DNA of 63,703 nucleotides, filler included, from Atractiella rhizophila (GCA_021432655.1; 4 parts of 3 records of this genome joined end to end with filler, not necessarily neighbours in it); one strand, 5' to 3'. Positions 11,863 to 26,093 are shown, numbered from the whole stretch's first letter. Notes: a model not told the origin generated them from the sequence alone. Numbers and translations: made by a program.

Positions 11863-14800
11863 TTAGAACGGCGCGAAACCGGTGAATTGTGGTTGGAGGC
11901 CGCCATTGGGCATTCCGAAACCTGTTGGTTGTGGGACAAAGCCTGTTGGTTGAGGTACGAAGCTATGCATACCAAAGTCAGCGATGCAGAAGACTCAAGG
12001 AAGAAAAATGTACCCTGGTCCTGTAATCATCTTCACTCCCCCAAAACCAGGTCCAATCACTGGTTGCTCTGTCGAACAAAATCAGACTGTACACTCAAGC
12101 CGAAAATATTGAACGCACCGCTTGCCTCCTCTTCCTTCTCAACCTGCTTTGTGGTCAGCTTTTTAACCTGCTCCTCAAGCGATGCCATCTGCATAGCGGT
12201 CAGTGCCTGACGCTCAGCACAAGAAGACTATCATACCTGAGTCTGCTGTTCCCTCATGACTTGCAACCGGTAAGGCATGATGTAATCCGTAAGAGCATGG
12301 CGCCACGAGAACTCTTCCACCACATCCCTCCGGAGAAGGTCGTAGCAGATGAAAAGCAAGGCAGCGAAACACTCCTTCGATCCGATGTCCACGAAATAGC
12401 TCAATAGGTCCTCCGCAACTTCGGTAGAGTTGGATTCGGCGGCGGTCTCCATTGCGTCCTTGAAGAGCTTGTCCTGCTTCGAGAGAGAAATTGACAGCTC
12501 CCATCGAGCGTTTTTCTAGACGGAACCAGCACGTCAGAATATTTCAAGTACCAAGGAAATGAGAGTGGACCTTGTAAAGGTGAGCAGCCAGCCTCCTGAA
12601 CTCCAATAGCTCGTGTCTCTCTAACCGCGATGCAAGCTCGAGAGCCTCATAAGCGTCATAGGCATCAATACTATCGCGTAGCGTCTTATAATCCTCCTCT
12701 TCAATCAGAATCTCATGAAGTGCAGCGTTGACACTGGGAATGTTTTTCTGTGTCGATCCTCAGTTAGAGTGTGGTCCAGATCAAGAATGCGAAGAACACG
12801 TACGGATTGGACAGCGATAAGGTAAGGCTTGATGAGTGGCAAATTATCCGTCCGTCTGAACATGTTGACCGTCCTTGTATGATCTAGCCGGTTGATGAGG
12901 ACGGTAAGAAGATCAGTGAGGAGCGTCGGTTGTTCTTGAAGGTAAAAGGTGAGGGATTTGTAACAAATCTCGATATTCGCGACCTTGACGATCACATCCT
13001 TGAACTGGTTGTGCTCCCAACCATCGGCGGAGTGCTCCATCATCGCAAGAGCCGCATTGTCGAACTCTGAGCATCAAAGACATCAGTTTTGTGACAATAT
13101 GTGAAAGGACGAGCAAAACATACCATCGTACTTGATGTAGAGGAAGACGAGCTCAGGCCAGAGATGAGCCTTCTCGGCAGCTTTGAGGACTTTGGGGATG
13201 TTGATTCGAGACCAGAACAACTTAAGGTGCTCCATCATACGGTCCGATTTGTACTTGGCATAGAGCTGTTTGAAGTTGTGAGGAAAACTCAGAAGGAAGG
13301 AAGAGTCAAAGGACATACAACCGAGAGCTCGGTGAACATTCCCATGTGAGCCCTTTCCAAACCCAGACCTGCCTCCATCATAGAAATGAGCTCGTCGGAG
13401 TGTCCGCGTTTTTCGTAAAGCGAGATAAGAGCCTGTGTTCAAATATCAGAAAGTTGGATTTATGAAATGGAAAACAAACCGGTAGCTCCTCAGCGTGAAC
13501 GATGAGGTTCAGACCACAAATTTGAGCAAGACGGAACTCTTTCTTGTCGATACAAGCAGCATTGACCTGTTTCCACACCTGGGTATTGCCAGCTTTCCTT
13601 GCCGCATCGACTGCAGCTTGATTTTCCCCGAGATAGATGAGAGTCGTTGCCAAACGAGCATAGTTCGAAATGCTAGAGAAAAGAATCTTAGCAGCCTCGT
13701 AGAGACCAGCCTCGAAAACCTGTTCTCCGGCAGCGAGCTGATCAACGACGTTCGTGTAATTCAAGAACTCCTCCATGTCGTGCAGGCGGTCGGTCTTGGC
13801 GAAAGCGACGGCGAGCTCAGTGTCAATCTTGGGTTCACGAAGAGTCTTGCGGGCCATTTGTAAGTAGCGAACCAAATCCTCCTCCTTTCCGGCATGAGAA
13901 GCTGTTTCAATGACTTCGAGGTAGTTGGAGGGATCGTTCGCCTTCACGTACGAATCTATGCGGAAACTCCATATGAGTATGTACAGGACGAAGAGAGGAG
14001 GGACACACCAATAGAGTCCTTAATCCTGACACCATCAAGCTGGGCTTTTGCCAACCTGCTCCAGACTTGGGGCTGGTTCGCCTTCTGAGCGTATTGAACG
14101 GCACGATCCAAGCTGACGATATACTCGACAAGGACATTGACGGCCTCGAGGTGCATGTTATGCTTCTTGTAAACGGTAAAGGCTTCTTCGTACAATCCGT
14201 GCTCAATGGAAATGGCAGCGATTTCGGGGACATCGTATCCGTCCAACTTCTCGACATAACCGACGACCTTCGCCTTATCCGCTTTGACAGCAGTGAGGAC
14301 AAGGAGCTTCTTCAGGTTGGCATTATCACTGAAGGCGGAAGGTTCGAGGATAATCTTCTCGAGGAGTTCGATGAGTTCATGTGGCATATCTGCGGTAAGG
14401 AAGGCTTTGACAGTGACTGAGACGTCGTCAGGATTAGTAGATTCAGGGACGGCAGTTCCGACGACTTGATCAACAAGTGATCTCTTGTGGAGGTTGTCTG
14501 CAGCGAGAACTTGAGCCCAGAGCTCGGGTGATCGCCGCTTGACGAGGTAGCGAGCTTGGTGCTTGAACATAGAATTTTCGTTCGTAATCTTGACCAATTC
14601 TTCATCACAGAATCCTTTGGCGTAGGCGATGTAGGCAAGGTAAGGGTCGCGCTTCTCGCAGTATTTTCCGACAACGAGAGGGTCGTACAACTATAGCACA
14701 CAGATGAGCAGTCAGTCAGACTATACTTTGATGATGATAAGACAGATTGGCAGACTTACGTTGTTCTCCTTCAAGAAACCTTCCGGGTTGTTGTTGCTGT

Positions 14801-17800
14801 CAATGTTGATCTTCGCCAATGCATTATAGAGACCAGAATCCTGAAGACCTTGCTGAATCTTGCTGTCAATCCAAGGGAGGATCAACTTGAGCCTGTTCCT
14901 CTTCTCCACTTCTTCCACGAGCTCATCAACGGGGATAGGCCCAACAACGCTAGCAAGGAGAGACTTGATGATAGTCTCGTCGCAATCAACATCGAGCAAG
15001 GCACCAATGACTTGAGGTGTTCTCGCGGAATTGACCCTTTGAACGTAAATTTCGATGGCGGAGGCGAGCCCGTTTTGGTAGAGGTAGAGAACAAGATCGT
15101 GCACAAATCCAAAACGGTCGCAGACGATGATGAGAGGCAGTTGGTCCGATAGTTTGGCTTCCTTCAGGAAGTTCTTGACTTTCTCAGGGTTGTAAAAGTT
15201 GCTCTCTCGACATATGCGCTCAACCTCCCTGATCATCCCTGTCCTTGTAGCCGCTTGGATGTACTTGAAGTGAACCTCCGGGTCCTGGGAGAGATTGACA
15301 ATGCCGCCAAGGAAGTAGTAAAGACCTAACATTCTCGTCGGTTAGGTTATCCAAAGGGATGTGAGCAAGTATGAGAACACACCTTCGAAACTCTTGAACG
15401 ATTCAAACATCTCAATCAGCCTAACGGGTCCAACCAAGTCTGAATACTTCCTTGCGATGTTTACTACGACCTGAAGGTTTTGCGCCATATTCTTCTTGAG
15501 CATCTCATTCATGCACTCCAAGGTTTGATCAACTGTCAACTTCCCAAAATACTCAACCAGCCACTGTTCCGCCCATTCCGATCAGCCAACAGTCAGCCCA
15601 AACAAGCTAAGAACTCACGTCCGCATTGAGCAAGTTGGAGTGAACCACGACCCTCTTGATGTCATTAAGGTCTTCATAATGCTCCAACGCCCTCTGAAGC
15701 AATCCGGCCTTCTCACAGAGGTTAGCAATCCTCGGTCGATCGTAATGGCTAAACATGTTGTTGCCGAGAATGGCATCAGCGACCTGAGGGGCAGAAAGGA
15801 GGTTCATTTCGAGAAGACGAGTCTGGAGGTGGGCTTGATCGGGACGGTTCTCCTTGAGCGCGTCGAGGAGGAAAGAAGTCGCTTGTTGAATCATGTTTTG
15901 GGACATGAAGACATCGACGACCTATTCAAAAACCGGCGTTCCATCATCAGCATGTAACCTTTTTTATCTGGATGAGAATGAGCGTACCTTTTCGACCTGA
16001 ATAAGAGGTCCTGATTCATTGTTCACCAACTGCCCAGCGAACTCCGCCCCTTGTTCAGGGTTCAACCGGGTGATGTGTTGCAGGAGAGCAGGGTAATCAG
16101 GCGTGTATCCTACTCTTTGGGCATACACAACGATCTTGTTGAACTGTCCAGTCTCAGCAAACGACGCTACGACCTATCCATCACATCTTGATTTCAGCAC
16201 CACATTCTTGCCAAAGTGAGAAAATAGATGGTCATAGTACGAACCTTGTGAGGAACATTCGCCCTCAAATAAACGGACAAAGCGAGCGTCGTATCGTGTT
16301 GCCTAACGATATCTCCCAGCTCCTCAGAACAGTCGAGTTTATCCTCCTTAAGCCACTTCTCCAACAACTGCTTCCGATTCTGTTGCAACACCGGCCTCGC
16401 GAGTTCCAAACTCTCAAAGGTATTGAGCTTTCCTTTTTCAAGTAAGATTCCAAAATACTGAAGGATCGGCGAGAGTTGGCCAGCTTGAACAGGGACAATC
16501 TTGAATTGCTCGATCGTCTGAGCGGTACGTAGGATTCCACGAGGAGAGTTCGCGGCTACCTTTGCGGCTTCGGAGAACTGGGAGGTTTGGAAGAGTTGAT
16601 TAAACCTCGCGACGTACAAATCGTCCGCCCCGGGAAGATTTCCACGGGAAGCGAGTTTGAATGCCAGTTCGGGGTTTGCGAGTTCACGTTGGATGTATGG
16701 AATGAAAGCATCTTCATCGACGGAGACGCTGAGGACCTACAGCATTGCGTCCCAAATGTCCTCAGCCACCTCCTCACCAAACAAAACAAAAGAAGGGAAA
16801 ACTGACCTGTCCTTTTCGATTGACGCCAATAATTCCGCTTGTAGCCTCGTGTTCCGCCGTCACAAAGATGGTTTCCCCAGAAATGCGGTTCATATAGATA
16901 CAAGTACCAGTCTCGAGGTCGTACAAGTGGATAAATCCGTATTTTGTAACAAGGTAGATGATACCAAATCGCTTCGAAATCTGCATAGCGACGGGGAAGT
17001 CGTTGGACGCCTCAGGGGGGAAGAAGACATCGACTGCTTTCTTTGCGAAAACGGGGTTGGAAGCAGCATGGTCGATTTCAACAATGTGTAGCTACCCACG
17101 CCAATACCATCAGCAATGGAACTCGGGAAGACGAGGGAATGGAGGAGAGAAAGAGAAAGAAAGTACCTTTGAGCCAGTAGCATTCCGAACGGAAAAAGCA
17201 AACAGTTTCGAATCACTCGGTGCACCCTCGAGTCTCAACTCAGCAAAGCTGGCAGCATGACCCTCGATAGCCTGTGACACCTTCCTCTCGGTGCTATAAA
17301 GCTGCATCGAACCCTTGATCCGAAAGCCTGCTGGATTCGGATTGCTGGAAATCCCGACGACGACGAGCCACTTTCCATCGGCAGAGGAGCGGTAGTTGAT
17401 AATCTGGTGACCAGCGAGCGAGGCATCACGGTCGAACACCTTCACTGGCGTCTCCGTTACGCCTGTTGAGCCAAGGCAGGTCCAGTGATATACGGATGAT
17501 TCCGTAACAATTCCGAGCGTAGTGTGGGAAAGCCATTTCCAGAAGGAGACGTCTTCGTGCATCATGTGAGACTTCACTTTCTGCTTAAGCTCGATGTTGA
17601 AGATTTGAAGTTGGCGCTGGGCTTCATTTTGGGGATCCAACAAAGCAGTCAATCGATTCGGAACGTAGGTTGAGAGAACCAAGCGAGAAAATGAGGGCAA
17701 AGCAGAAACAAACAGTCAGCACCGCACTATCATGCATGTAGCCCACACTCCCCCATTTCCTCCCAAAAGAAGCAGAAAACGAACCTCGTAGAGCAATGAT

Positions 17801-18092
17801 CTTCTCCACCGGATGCATGATTGCGCTCTCGGCATTTATGGGTCTCCTCATGACATTGTTCGCGTCGGCCAAATCGACGATAACCACTTGGTTACTCGGC
17901 TGTTCTTCCCTGACACAAATGAAGCGGTCCGACTCCATCGTCAGGCTTGCGAAACCAATAGAAGCGGGCTGAACGCCTAGCGCTGAGAGCTGTCACCCAT
18001 TCGACAATTAGGTGTCTGGACTTGGCTGCAAGACGTGGAAGGCATACCTGCAAGTGCTCGCAAAAAGAAATGGGACGACCTGAGTCCGCCAT
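11863..18092 (-). CDS. CHC1: Clathrin heavy chain; multi-exon
   Basis: [80 protein letters not shown], and a C-terminal PQPTGF tail. Confidence 0.99.
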
Positions 18093-18899
18093 GATGAGAA
18101 ATTATGGGATATACTTTTGCGGGGGGAGTAATGGGGGAAGGGGTGAGAAGGGATGGTGGTCAAAGTGTTGCGTGGAAGAATTTCTCGGAGGTGACCCTGC
18201 ATTCATCAACCATCCTCATCAATGCAGCACCACAAAAGAAGGACATGATGAAGCAGAATGAAGCAACACCAGTCGGTGCGAACATGAGTCTTTCCTAGGA
18301 TGACTTTAAAATATCGGCAAGAGAGACGCTTCATGAGAGAAGCAGATCTTGACTTATCTGAATCTGAGGAGTCAGTGCGAGTTTGACGTTCTGAGATCTA
18401 CACTGGATACTTCAAGTTCTGGCTAGAAGAAACCAAGTCTATCAGCCTTAACAGAAAATTAGGTATTGTTATGCTCTAAAGTATGATGAGTCTTTGACCA
18501 AATGTTTCTCTTTCTCGTCAATCTTCAGCCTATTGCAATCTATCTCTTATTTACGCGTCATTCAGCGTCTCTTGCAACCCCCACCATTGCCGAACCGATG
18601 TGAGGACTTCACTTACTTCTCAGGTGCTAGTTTGGCTCTCGTTGCAAATAATATTGCAAGAGAGCGCGTTATTTTATGCCGAAAAACCGACATTGCCGTC
18701 ATGTTAAAAGTTTGGCGTGGTTGTTCTTCGTATGCACGGGCAAATGGGCAACATCACCCTTGACCACTTCTAGGGAGGTCCTTGTCGGTAATCCCTTCCC
18801 GTGGCCCTCGCTCCGTGCTTTAGTTATTGCCCCTTCGCAGCGGGCAACCACTAGACCGCCAATCCGGTACACTTGTTGTGAAGGGATACGTCAAACCAA

Positions 18900-19990
18900 C
18901 GCCATTTCGCTCTTAGATTTTATAGCATACGCCATGCTGACACATTCGATGAAGGCATGAATCAGTAACTGGAGAGGCATATCGGGCATGTCTTGCTTCA
19001 ATCGACGATATCAGGGTTTCGACACTAATGTCGCCCAAATATTTAAGACACACCCAAGATTCTCGACCTTCATCCTGATGCAGATGTTCAGAGACGACGA
19101 CCTTTCACAGAGCGGAAAGAGCAACTGGCTAAAGCTTTATGCAGCACTAACCAATGCTTTAACTCCTCTCGATGCCACTATTCCTTCAAGTTCTTGATAT
19201 CGTGGGTTCGCTCAACAGGATGTTTTGCCAGTCCCAATCATGTGCCGCCCATCCTTTTAGATACAACGTTGATAAAAATAAATGTTATTGCCATCACAAA
19301 AAGGCACAATGGGTAGGTGTAACGAAGCTGATAAATTACCGATCTTCTACCTTAAGATGAAGTCTGCCGTCCCTGTGAAGGGCGTATGACTTTCTTTAGC
19401 CGCTGGAGGCCATTTCGATTTGTTATGGGATTGGAGACACCCATCGAACCATCGTGGGAAGGCTTGCTGCCCTCTGTTCCCATCGAATTCGTACACGACG
19501 ATGATGGTAATTAGACACAAGCGATCCAGAGGGGTTGAGGCATGGCAGCAGTGAGGGCATGTATCTCCAGAACCATCTGAGTCCAAGCATCTGGATATGG
19601 GACCATTACGAAACCACCGACATACAAACTCGGAAGAAGAATGAGCCATCAGCCTTACCCGTCTCCGCATGCCGACAGATCGAGCAGACTAGAACCTCAT
19701 GAGTTGTGTTAAAGTCATGATCAGACAGATGACTAACACGGCTACTCATTTCTATATTCCCACGTGGAAATCGCGTAGAGTCCGTCTGGGACTTTGATGT
19801 TGTGATGACATAAGACCCTGCATTATATGTTTGGACCAACATTCTGAACGAATCATTCAGGGAGGATTGACTAAAAGCGTGGGAAACTCACCTCCAACAA
19901 CTCGAGTTTCTCTTTTATTATTAGGTCGGTGTTGAGTAGAGACAGCCTCAAAGACAAAGCAGGTTGCAACTTTCTCCCAACCGATTCTAT
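18900..19990 (-). pseudogene. Degenerate coding remnant, possibly fungal-type protein kinase (FunK1)-like
   Basis: A GTGAGT donor near 19890 and short ORFs interrupted by stops. IIVVYEFDG..AFPRWFDG..FTGTADFI loosely follows the FunK1 NI..GFLIDFD..TGTxxF order. Confidence 0.25.
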
Positions 19991-20530
19991 TCAAGACATT
20001 GTGAAGCATCAAGTTTCAAAGACGAGCGAAAGATCAAGGAAAGTGGATGTGTGGCTGAGCTGTTAACATTTTTATTGCAAAGGGTCATGAAGTGGGAAGC
20101 TGAGAACTGAGACCAAGCTTCGTAAAATATGAAGACGTGAAAGAAAGACTGTTTGAGAGAAGAACAACATGCGCAGCACTGGGATACACTCATAGATTGC
20201 TTCGACCGAGTCTACCCCATTGCATGATGATAGCATTCATGTTCACAGCGCGATGTCTCTTCCTCCTGTACACTCGGAATGCAAAGATTTGTGACAAGCA
20301 ACCCCAACCCGAGCTCAGCTCATCGCTCATCTTTCTTTGGGACCGGAGATTTGTGATGCGGACGCGAGAAGGACAAGGTCGATATTAAGAACCGGAGCTT
20401 GCAGGTACGCATCCAACTACCCTGTCGATTTTTCGCAAACTGGGTTGACGCGTTACTGCACTTTTCCAGGAAGCCGGAACTGCCTGGAGGGTGATACGAT
20501 CAAAGGCCATCATTTTTGAAACTGCTTATT

Positions 20531-21913
20531 GATGGATGCTTACCACCCTATCAAGCGAATCATGCGTCTCTTGAAACAGCTGTCCAAAACATCCAAGAAA
20601 CAAGTTCAGCAGGATCAACCCATTCTCGACATGCCATTTACTGGGTCGAAATCCTCGCCATTGTCACAAGCGCGTTCTCAGACATCTGCATTCGTATCAC
20701 TTCCATTCGAAATATTGCTGATGATATTTGATTTATTTATCCCTCCTCCTTCAATGCGGAGGGTCGTGAAGTATACCCGACTGTCGAGATCAGAGGTCTT
20801 GGCATATTCCTCGCTTTTGTCGCTCTCCCTTACCTGCAAAGCAATTTTGCCTGCCGCACGTGTGACTCTGTACACCTATCCATGTTTCATGCGCACGGGT
20901 CAGGAGGGTCAGTTTCTGGAGAGTTTGCGATCCAACGACGACTTGCGGCAACTAGTCAAAAGAATGGATTTTTGGGATCTCAAACCCGGATGGAAGGAGC
21001 TGCGACGAGTTCATTGTGCGTTATTGGTTTTATGCGACCTTGAATTTGTTACTTTAGATCGTGAGTCTCCCCTTTTCCTTTTCCCAACAAGTGTCATATA
21101 TTGACGAACTCTGCAGGTCCTCATCCAGTGGATGGCGCTGAAACCGCTTGGTCAATGTTGGTATCACGGTCACATCAACTTCGCAGCCTTAAAGTCACCT
21201 TTGGGACTATGCCCTTCACCCAAGTTGCCGGAGACTTAGTGCGATTCGCGAATCTGGAACTTCTCGACTTGGAGGCTGATACTCCATCCTTCATTGACCA
21301 GGATGTGACCCTTCCCAAAGAACAGCCTAGTTTCAAACTGGCCGAACTTCGGCTCAAACAATGCGACAGCTTTCAGAGGGTGATCTCGTGGATGTTAACA
21401 AAAACTTCTCGAGAGGCTTCTCTGCGCAAATTGGATCTACATATTGATAAGGGACGATGTCCTGACTGGCTTTGGGCATTTCATTCGCTTCCTGTCCTCC
21501 GCGACCTATCACAGTTCTCGTTAACTCTCTCTTTGAATGTGATTCCTACGAGAGATAACCCTCCCCTATCATTACGATTTCTCGATGACGAAGACCTCCT
21601 CCACCTCCCGGAGCTCCTTTCCATGCTTCCTCCACATCTGTCTCACCTCACATTAGCTGCTCCTGGCGGCTCTGCATTCTTCGTCCCTAATATTTTGAGG
21701 GAGATCTTGGAGAAATCGGGTGTGCAAGCGAAAATCCTTGAACTCAAGTGCACTTCTTTCCCATCCCTTTGGGAGAACGAAGCACGGAAAGACTTCCTGA
21801 ATCTCATGAGGGAGGCTCAGACAGAGGTAGGAGAGAGGACTGGTGGGTCAGTGAAGTGGTGGGTTGGTGACGAACAGATTGATCTGCGTTTTGATGTATC
21901 ACTACCAATATAG
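20531..21913 (+). CDS. F-box-like protein with LRR-like C-terminal region
   Basis: SLPFEILLMIFDL...LLSLSLTCKAILPAARVTLY F-box pattern. One intron at ~21062-21117. LxxLxL repeats follow (LRSLKV, LELLDL, LAELRL, LRKLDL). Confidence 0.75.
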
Positions 21914-22249
21914 ACGCAGACTGATATTTAGGAATCACTTCCAAGTTGCGAACTCCCAAGCTAACACTGATAAATATCAACGATAAAATGGTCCTACCTC
22001 AAATCCAGTGGCACGACTGCTGAAGCTATTGCAACCCTCATCATGGCAGGCTATGCATGCGGTCTATTGTCAACATCTCGTTTCGAAAGTGGCATACTCA
22101 TCCCATTCAATGCACTGTCTAGTAGGGCGGACAGACAACATCATTATGCACCATTACGCACATGGTCATGCTGGGCATGTAGGCATGTTCTTTCCTGGCT
22201 TTCGTTGTCAGGTAAAGAAAGAGAATCCCTGTAAGCTAAGCGCTATTCC

Positions 22250-22760
22250 GAGAAGAACTTAACCCGTACTATCAGTGAGATTGCTTCAGGTGCACCATTG
22301 AGACGATCCATGAAATTACATGCGGCCCTTACAACTTTGTACACGCGGGGGATGCTCATTCGAACTACGTTTGTAGGAACTAAACGAAGACAGAATGAGG
22401 AGATACAATAAGGGATAAACGACAAAACGAGGTTGATGTGGAAAAGACAAGAAACCTTGAAGAGTGTCGAAACAATCTTCACTAATATTTGGTATATACA
22501 ACCAAAGAACGAGATCAAGAAGGCTAGAAGCTGAAAGAATTTCAATTGACCAATCAACAAAACTGGAATAAAAAGAAAATAGATATGGAAATACCTCACA
22601 TGAAACTGTTGACTCGTACATACATCTCGTTTTTGCTTGTTGCTGAACTGAAGAACACACTTGCATGAGAAGTGTGAAACTGGAGGTGGGAAAAGCTGGT
22701 TTAAATTACTTAAGAACGAAGGTAAGGAAGAATGAAACAACTTATTCGAGAGAACAAGAG
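22250..22760 (+). mobile_element. Possible degenerate non-LTR (LINE) ORF2 3' relic
   Basis: A-rich patch between convergent genes. 22660-22689 reads LA*EV*NWRW, which becomes LAWEVWNWRW if the two TGA were TGG, like the LINE C-terminal WxIWxxR motif. Confidence 0.35.
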
Positions 22761-22892
22761 ACCACTTTCATCCGATCAAATTACCAAGGAGGACCAATAG
22801 CTGCTTGGAGTTTCCGAATATGCGATTTTGATGGCTTGTGTCAACAACAGGTGAGAAGATTGCAGTTCGTTCTTGCGGCTGAAGGAAAACAA

Positions 22893-24556
22893 TCATGAGT
22901 GGCTATGGATGCCATGAACGACGTTGGTTGCAGGCCAACAATCTTGACGAGGGACCAAGGCAGCTCCACCGGTGTACAACGAAGAGGAAACAGCAGGCGT
23001 TCCGAACGACGTCAAAGGGGGTATGACGGGAACGTAATTCTGTATGAAGAGAGAGGGAGCTTCTTCTTGCCGATCGAAGAGATTGGCTGTCAGCATAGGA
23101 GCAATCTGCCCAGACGTTCCATCCACTCCTCCAACACCAACTCCATCTCCGGTTGCAACTCCAGCTGGAATTGTAGTCACCGAAGTTACAGGCGCTGGAA
23201 GCACCATACAATCTTGATGCATGAACTTCGCCGCAAAATCCCTCCCGAGCGCTTCCCACTCAGTCGTCGTAATCTGGGGAACTGAATTGCTCCTCTGCTT
23301 CATTTCGACGGGTCCAGGTGTCCACTCTCCCACGAAGCTAGAGAATGATGGATCGGATTGGGAACGAGGTAGGAGATCGTTAGAACAGAAAAATTTGTCC
23401 GCACGTCCGTCATGAGATGGTGATGTGTCTGATTCGCTGAGGGAGGTAGGAAGACGGTCCTGATATGGTACCGGAGCCATATGGCTTTCGTCGTCGACTT
23501 CGTGAGTCCCTTCGGACGATCGGTGTTGGTATAGAGGTTGTTCTGGTTGGACTTCCACAAGGGAGGCGTTCACGGCCTCTTTGGCAAGAACTGCCATGCC
23601 TGGCGCGAAGCAGCCAAGATCGTACAAACAAACGTCAGAGCTAGGCGGAGATGAAGCGGGAGCGAAGCCGGGCAGTGGAAGTTCGGGGCGGAGGAAGACA
23701 CTAGAACCTGGTTTGATGGGAGGGTAGTAGACCTGCGGATTGGCGATGGGGACGACGGCAGAAGCAGCGTTATTAGGCTTAGGCGGAATGCGAGACTTTC
23801 TCCTCTTGATTGGAAACTTTGACACTATCTTCGGCGCTTTGTGATCTTCGAAATATCGACGCGTGATTTGTCCAGCTTGCAGCTGTCTCTTCAGTTTTCT
23901 ATTGTGTTGGATCACCTCGTGGTCTTTTCTAACGTCGTACAGATGGAATAATGACATGGACGATTTTCGTTAGTGACATCTTCGAGACAAGAAAGAGATT
24001 GACGAACGAAGGAACCTTCTCGTAGACGCAGTCCCAATTTTGACCAGAACAAGACGCGCACGGCTGTCCTCCATCGCATCTGCGTTTTCTGTTCCCGTAT
24101 CTCTATCAGCTGCGACATAACAAGTTAAGAGAACAAAAGTAAAGAAATGTAGGTACAAAGGAGTACGTATGGCGCGGTAAAGGTTTTGAGAGAAGAAGAA
24201 GTGGTAGAGGATACAAAAGTAAAGGAAAACAGAGATGGGCAGCCCGAAATGAAGAGAGGGACAAACCGTTCGCGACAAAAGGTGCAAGCCATTGCAGCCC
24301 TCCTTGGAGGACCTTTCCCTTTCTTTTGGCCTCTCTTTTCGGCCCTTCCTCCTTTCTTCGACCCTGTTACCACATCTTCCACCTCCTCCAGTGATATATC
24401 GTCTACTTCGATCGGAGAAGATGAAGCATGGATCTCGACGCCGTCATTCCTGTCTGGATTGACGACACTCGGACCGACCGCGTGATAATAAAAACGTTGG
24501 GTGAAAGCGTCTGCAGCTTGCAGAAGATAGACGTTTGCAAAGGAATGACTGTTCAT
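22893..24556 (-). CDS. Zn(II)2Cys6 binuclear cluster transcription factor
   Basis: Spliced reading RRAAMACTFCRE/RKRRCDGGQPCASCSGQNWDCVYEK has six Cys. A basic NLS-like stretch precedes it, followed by a disordered C-terminus. Confidence 0.9.
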
Positions 24557-25026
24557 CTTGACTAGCTGGAGTATTACTTCGGTGGATTGTGTGCAGGAAG
24601 AGAAGGTGGTCGTTTGAACCAGGTTGAATAACAAGGAAAAAGGGTTGCGCCTGGTCTTTATGACGGAACATGACCTGGGAAGAGGAATAAGTAAGGTTGC
24701 GCTAAAGAACATGGATGTGAGTGAGACAGACGCGTCAAGATTTGGACCCGATCAACAGCTGGGAAAGGGGGGATACTCAGCTCTCCCATCTTCGTAATCT
24801 CTATAGCCATGACACAATCGGTGAAGCCGTGTGAGTCCCTTGCGCGACTCTGAGGGATTGGAGGGACATGAATGTAAAAACTTGAAATCAGTTATGTTGT
24901 GCACGCGACCTGACACGTGACAAGATCTGCACGACACGCGCTGACGCGCGCCTTTGTGCCAGGATGAAGCTGAAGCTATAACGCGTCCAACTGCGAGCCG
25001 GGCAGACGCCAGGATCGACTGAGAGG

Positions 25027-25606
25027 ATGTCAGACCTTGTCGCAGTTGGTGGCGAGTCAAGTTTAAAGTCGGTGCTGGGTACGTCTCGGCCATTTCCTAC
25101 CACTTTTGAGCCGCGTTTCCCCCAGTAACTTTGTTTGTTGCAAGAAGTAGAAAGGAAAAGCCCGGAATTCACCAAGAAGCATTATCAAAGGATGACCCTG
25201 CAGTTAGTGGCTCCCAGGCTTCTTCGTCAAGCATAAGAAGAGAAAGAGCTCCTAGGATCTGGAGGGGAACAAGCTGAACCGTCACAGATTGTGCGGAAGA
25301 CAACTTTGAAAGGCGGAGGAGCATTCTGACGAGACGCGGCGGAAACGGGTGCGTTTTGCTTTGTTCTCCTTGACGAATAGCTATTGGGGAACTGTGTTCA
25401 CGGGGATTGGCTTCGGCTGTAGTTGGAGAAAAAGATGAAGAAGCGGGCGACCAAGTCGCACAAAGACAGAGTGGCCGAGTTTAATGAGAAGTTAGGTAAT
25501 TTGAGCGAACATTGTGATATTCCTAGGGTTAGTTCCCCTCCTTCTCCCCCTGCTTCCTTGTGAATGAATGCTAAACCTGGATTTAGAATAGGTTAGACCT
25601 GGCTAG
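25027..25606 (+). pseudogene. FAM32A: FAM32A/DUF1754-family gene, frameshifted, introns retained
   Basis: MSDLVAVGGE[frameshift]KFKVG...KAEEHSDETRRKR/LEKKMKKRATKSHKDRVAEFNEKLGNLSEHCDIPR/VRPG*. The family C-terminus is HKERVEEFN..L..LSEHHDIPKVGPG. An in-frame TGA precedes KAEE. Confidence 0.7.
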
Positions 25607-26093
25607 TCCATTCTCAGGCAGCAGGCAGCAGGTTTCTTTCATGAGAATGCAAAATACTATTCCAAAAGACCCAAGCTAATCGAAACAAGTAGGCATTCTT
25701 GAATGAACTGACGGTGATGCTAATGGTCAGTATGGAAAAGTGTTGCAGACCAAAAATATTGAAACCAACTAAACTGAGAGAGAAACGATGAGAGGCGAAT
25801 ATTGGTAGACCGTTTGCTGATTTATGTTGTATTATCAAGAAATCTGGGCAATTAAGAGAGAGAATGAGAGAAAGTCGAATCTTATCAGTCAAGTTATCGA
25901 TACAAATACATGATCAATGATTTGTTTGGCCTTTTCCTTCTGTTATTTGTTATGTAGTTGGGGACATGAGACTTCTAAATGGGAAGTTGAATGCTTTAAC
26001 TGTACAATCAAAACTCATTAAGAAACCGAATGAAAATGACAAGTCACACAGCACAAGAAATGCAATGAGATCTAAATCGGATTTCGGCTTTCT

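Noticed and set aside
11863..11962. PQPTGF repeats at the clathrin C-terminus
   Set aside because: A usual feature of fungal clathrin heavy chain tails.
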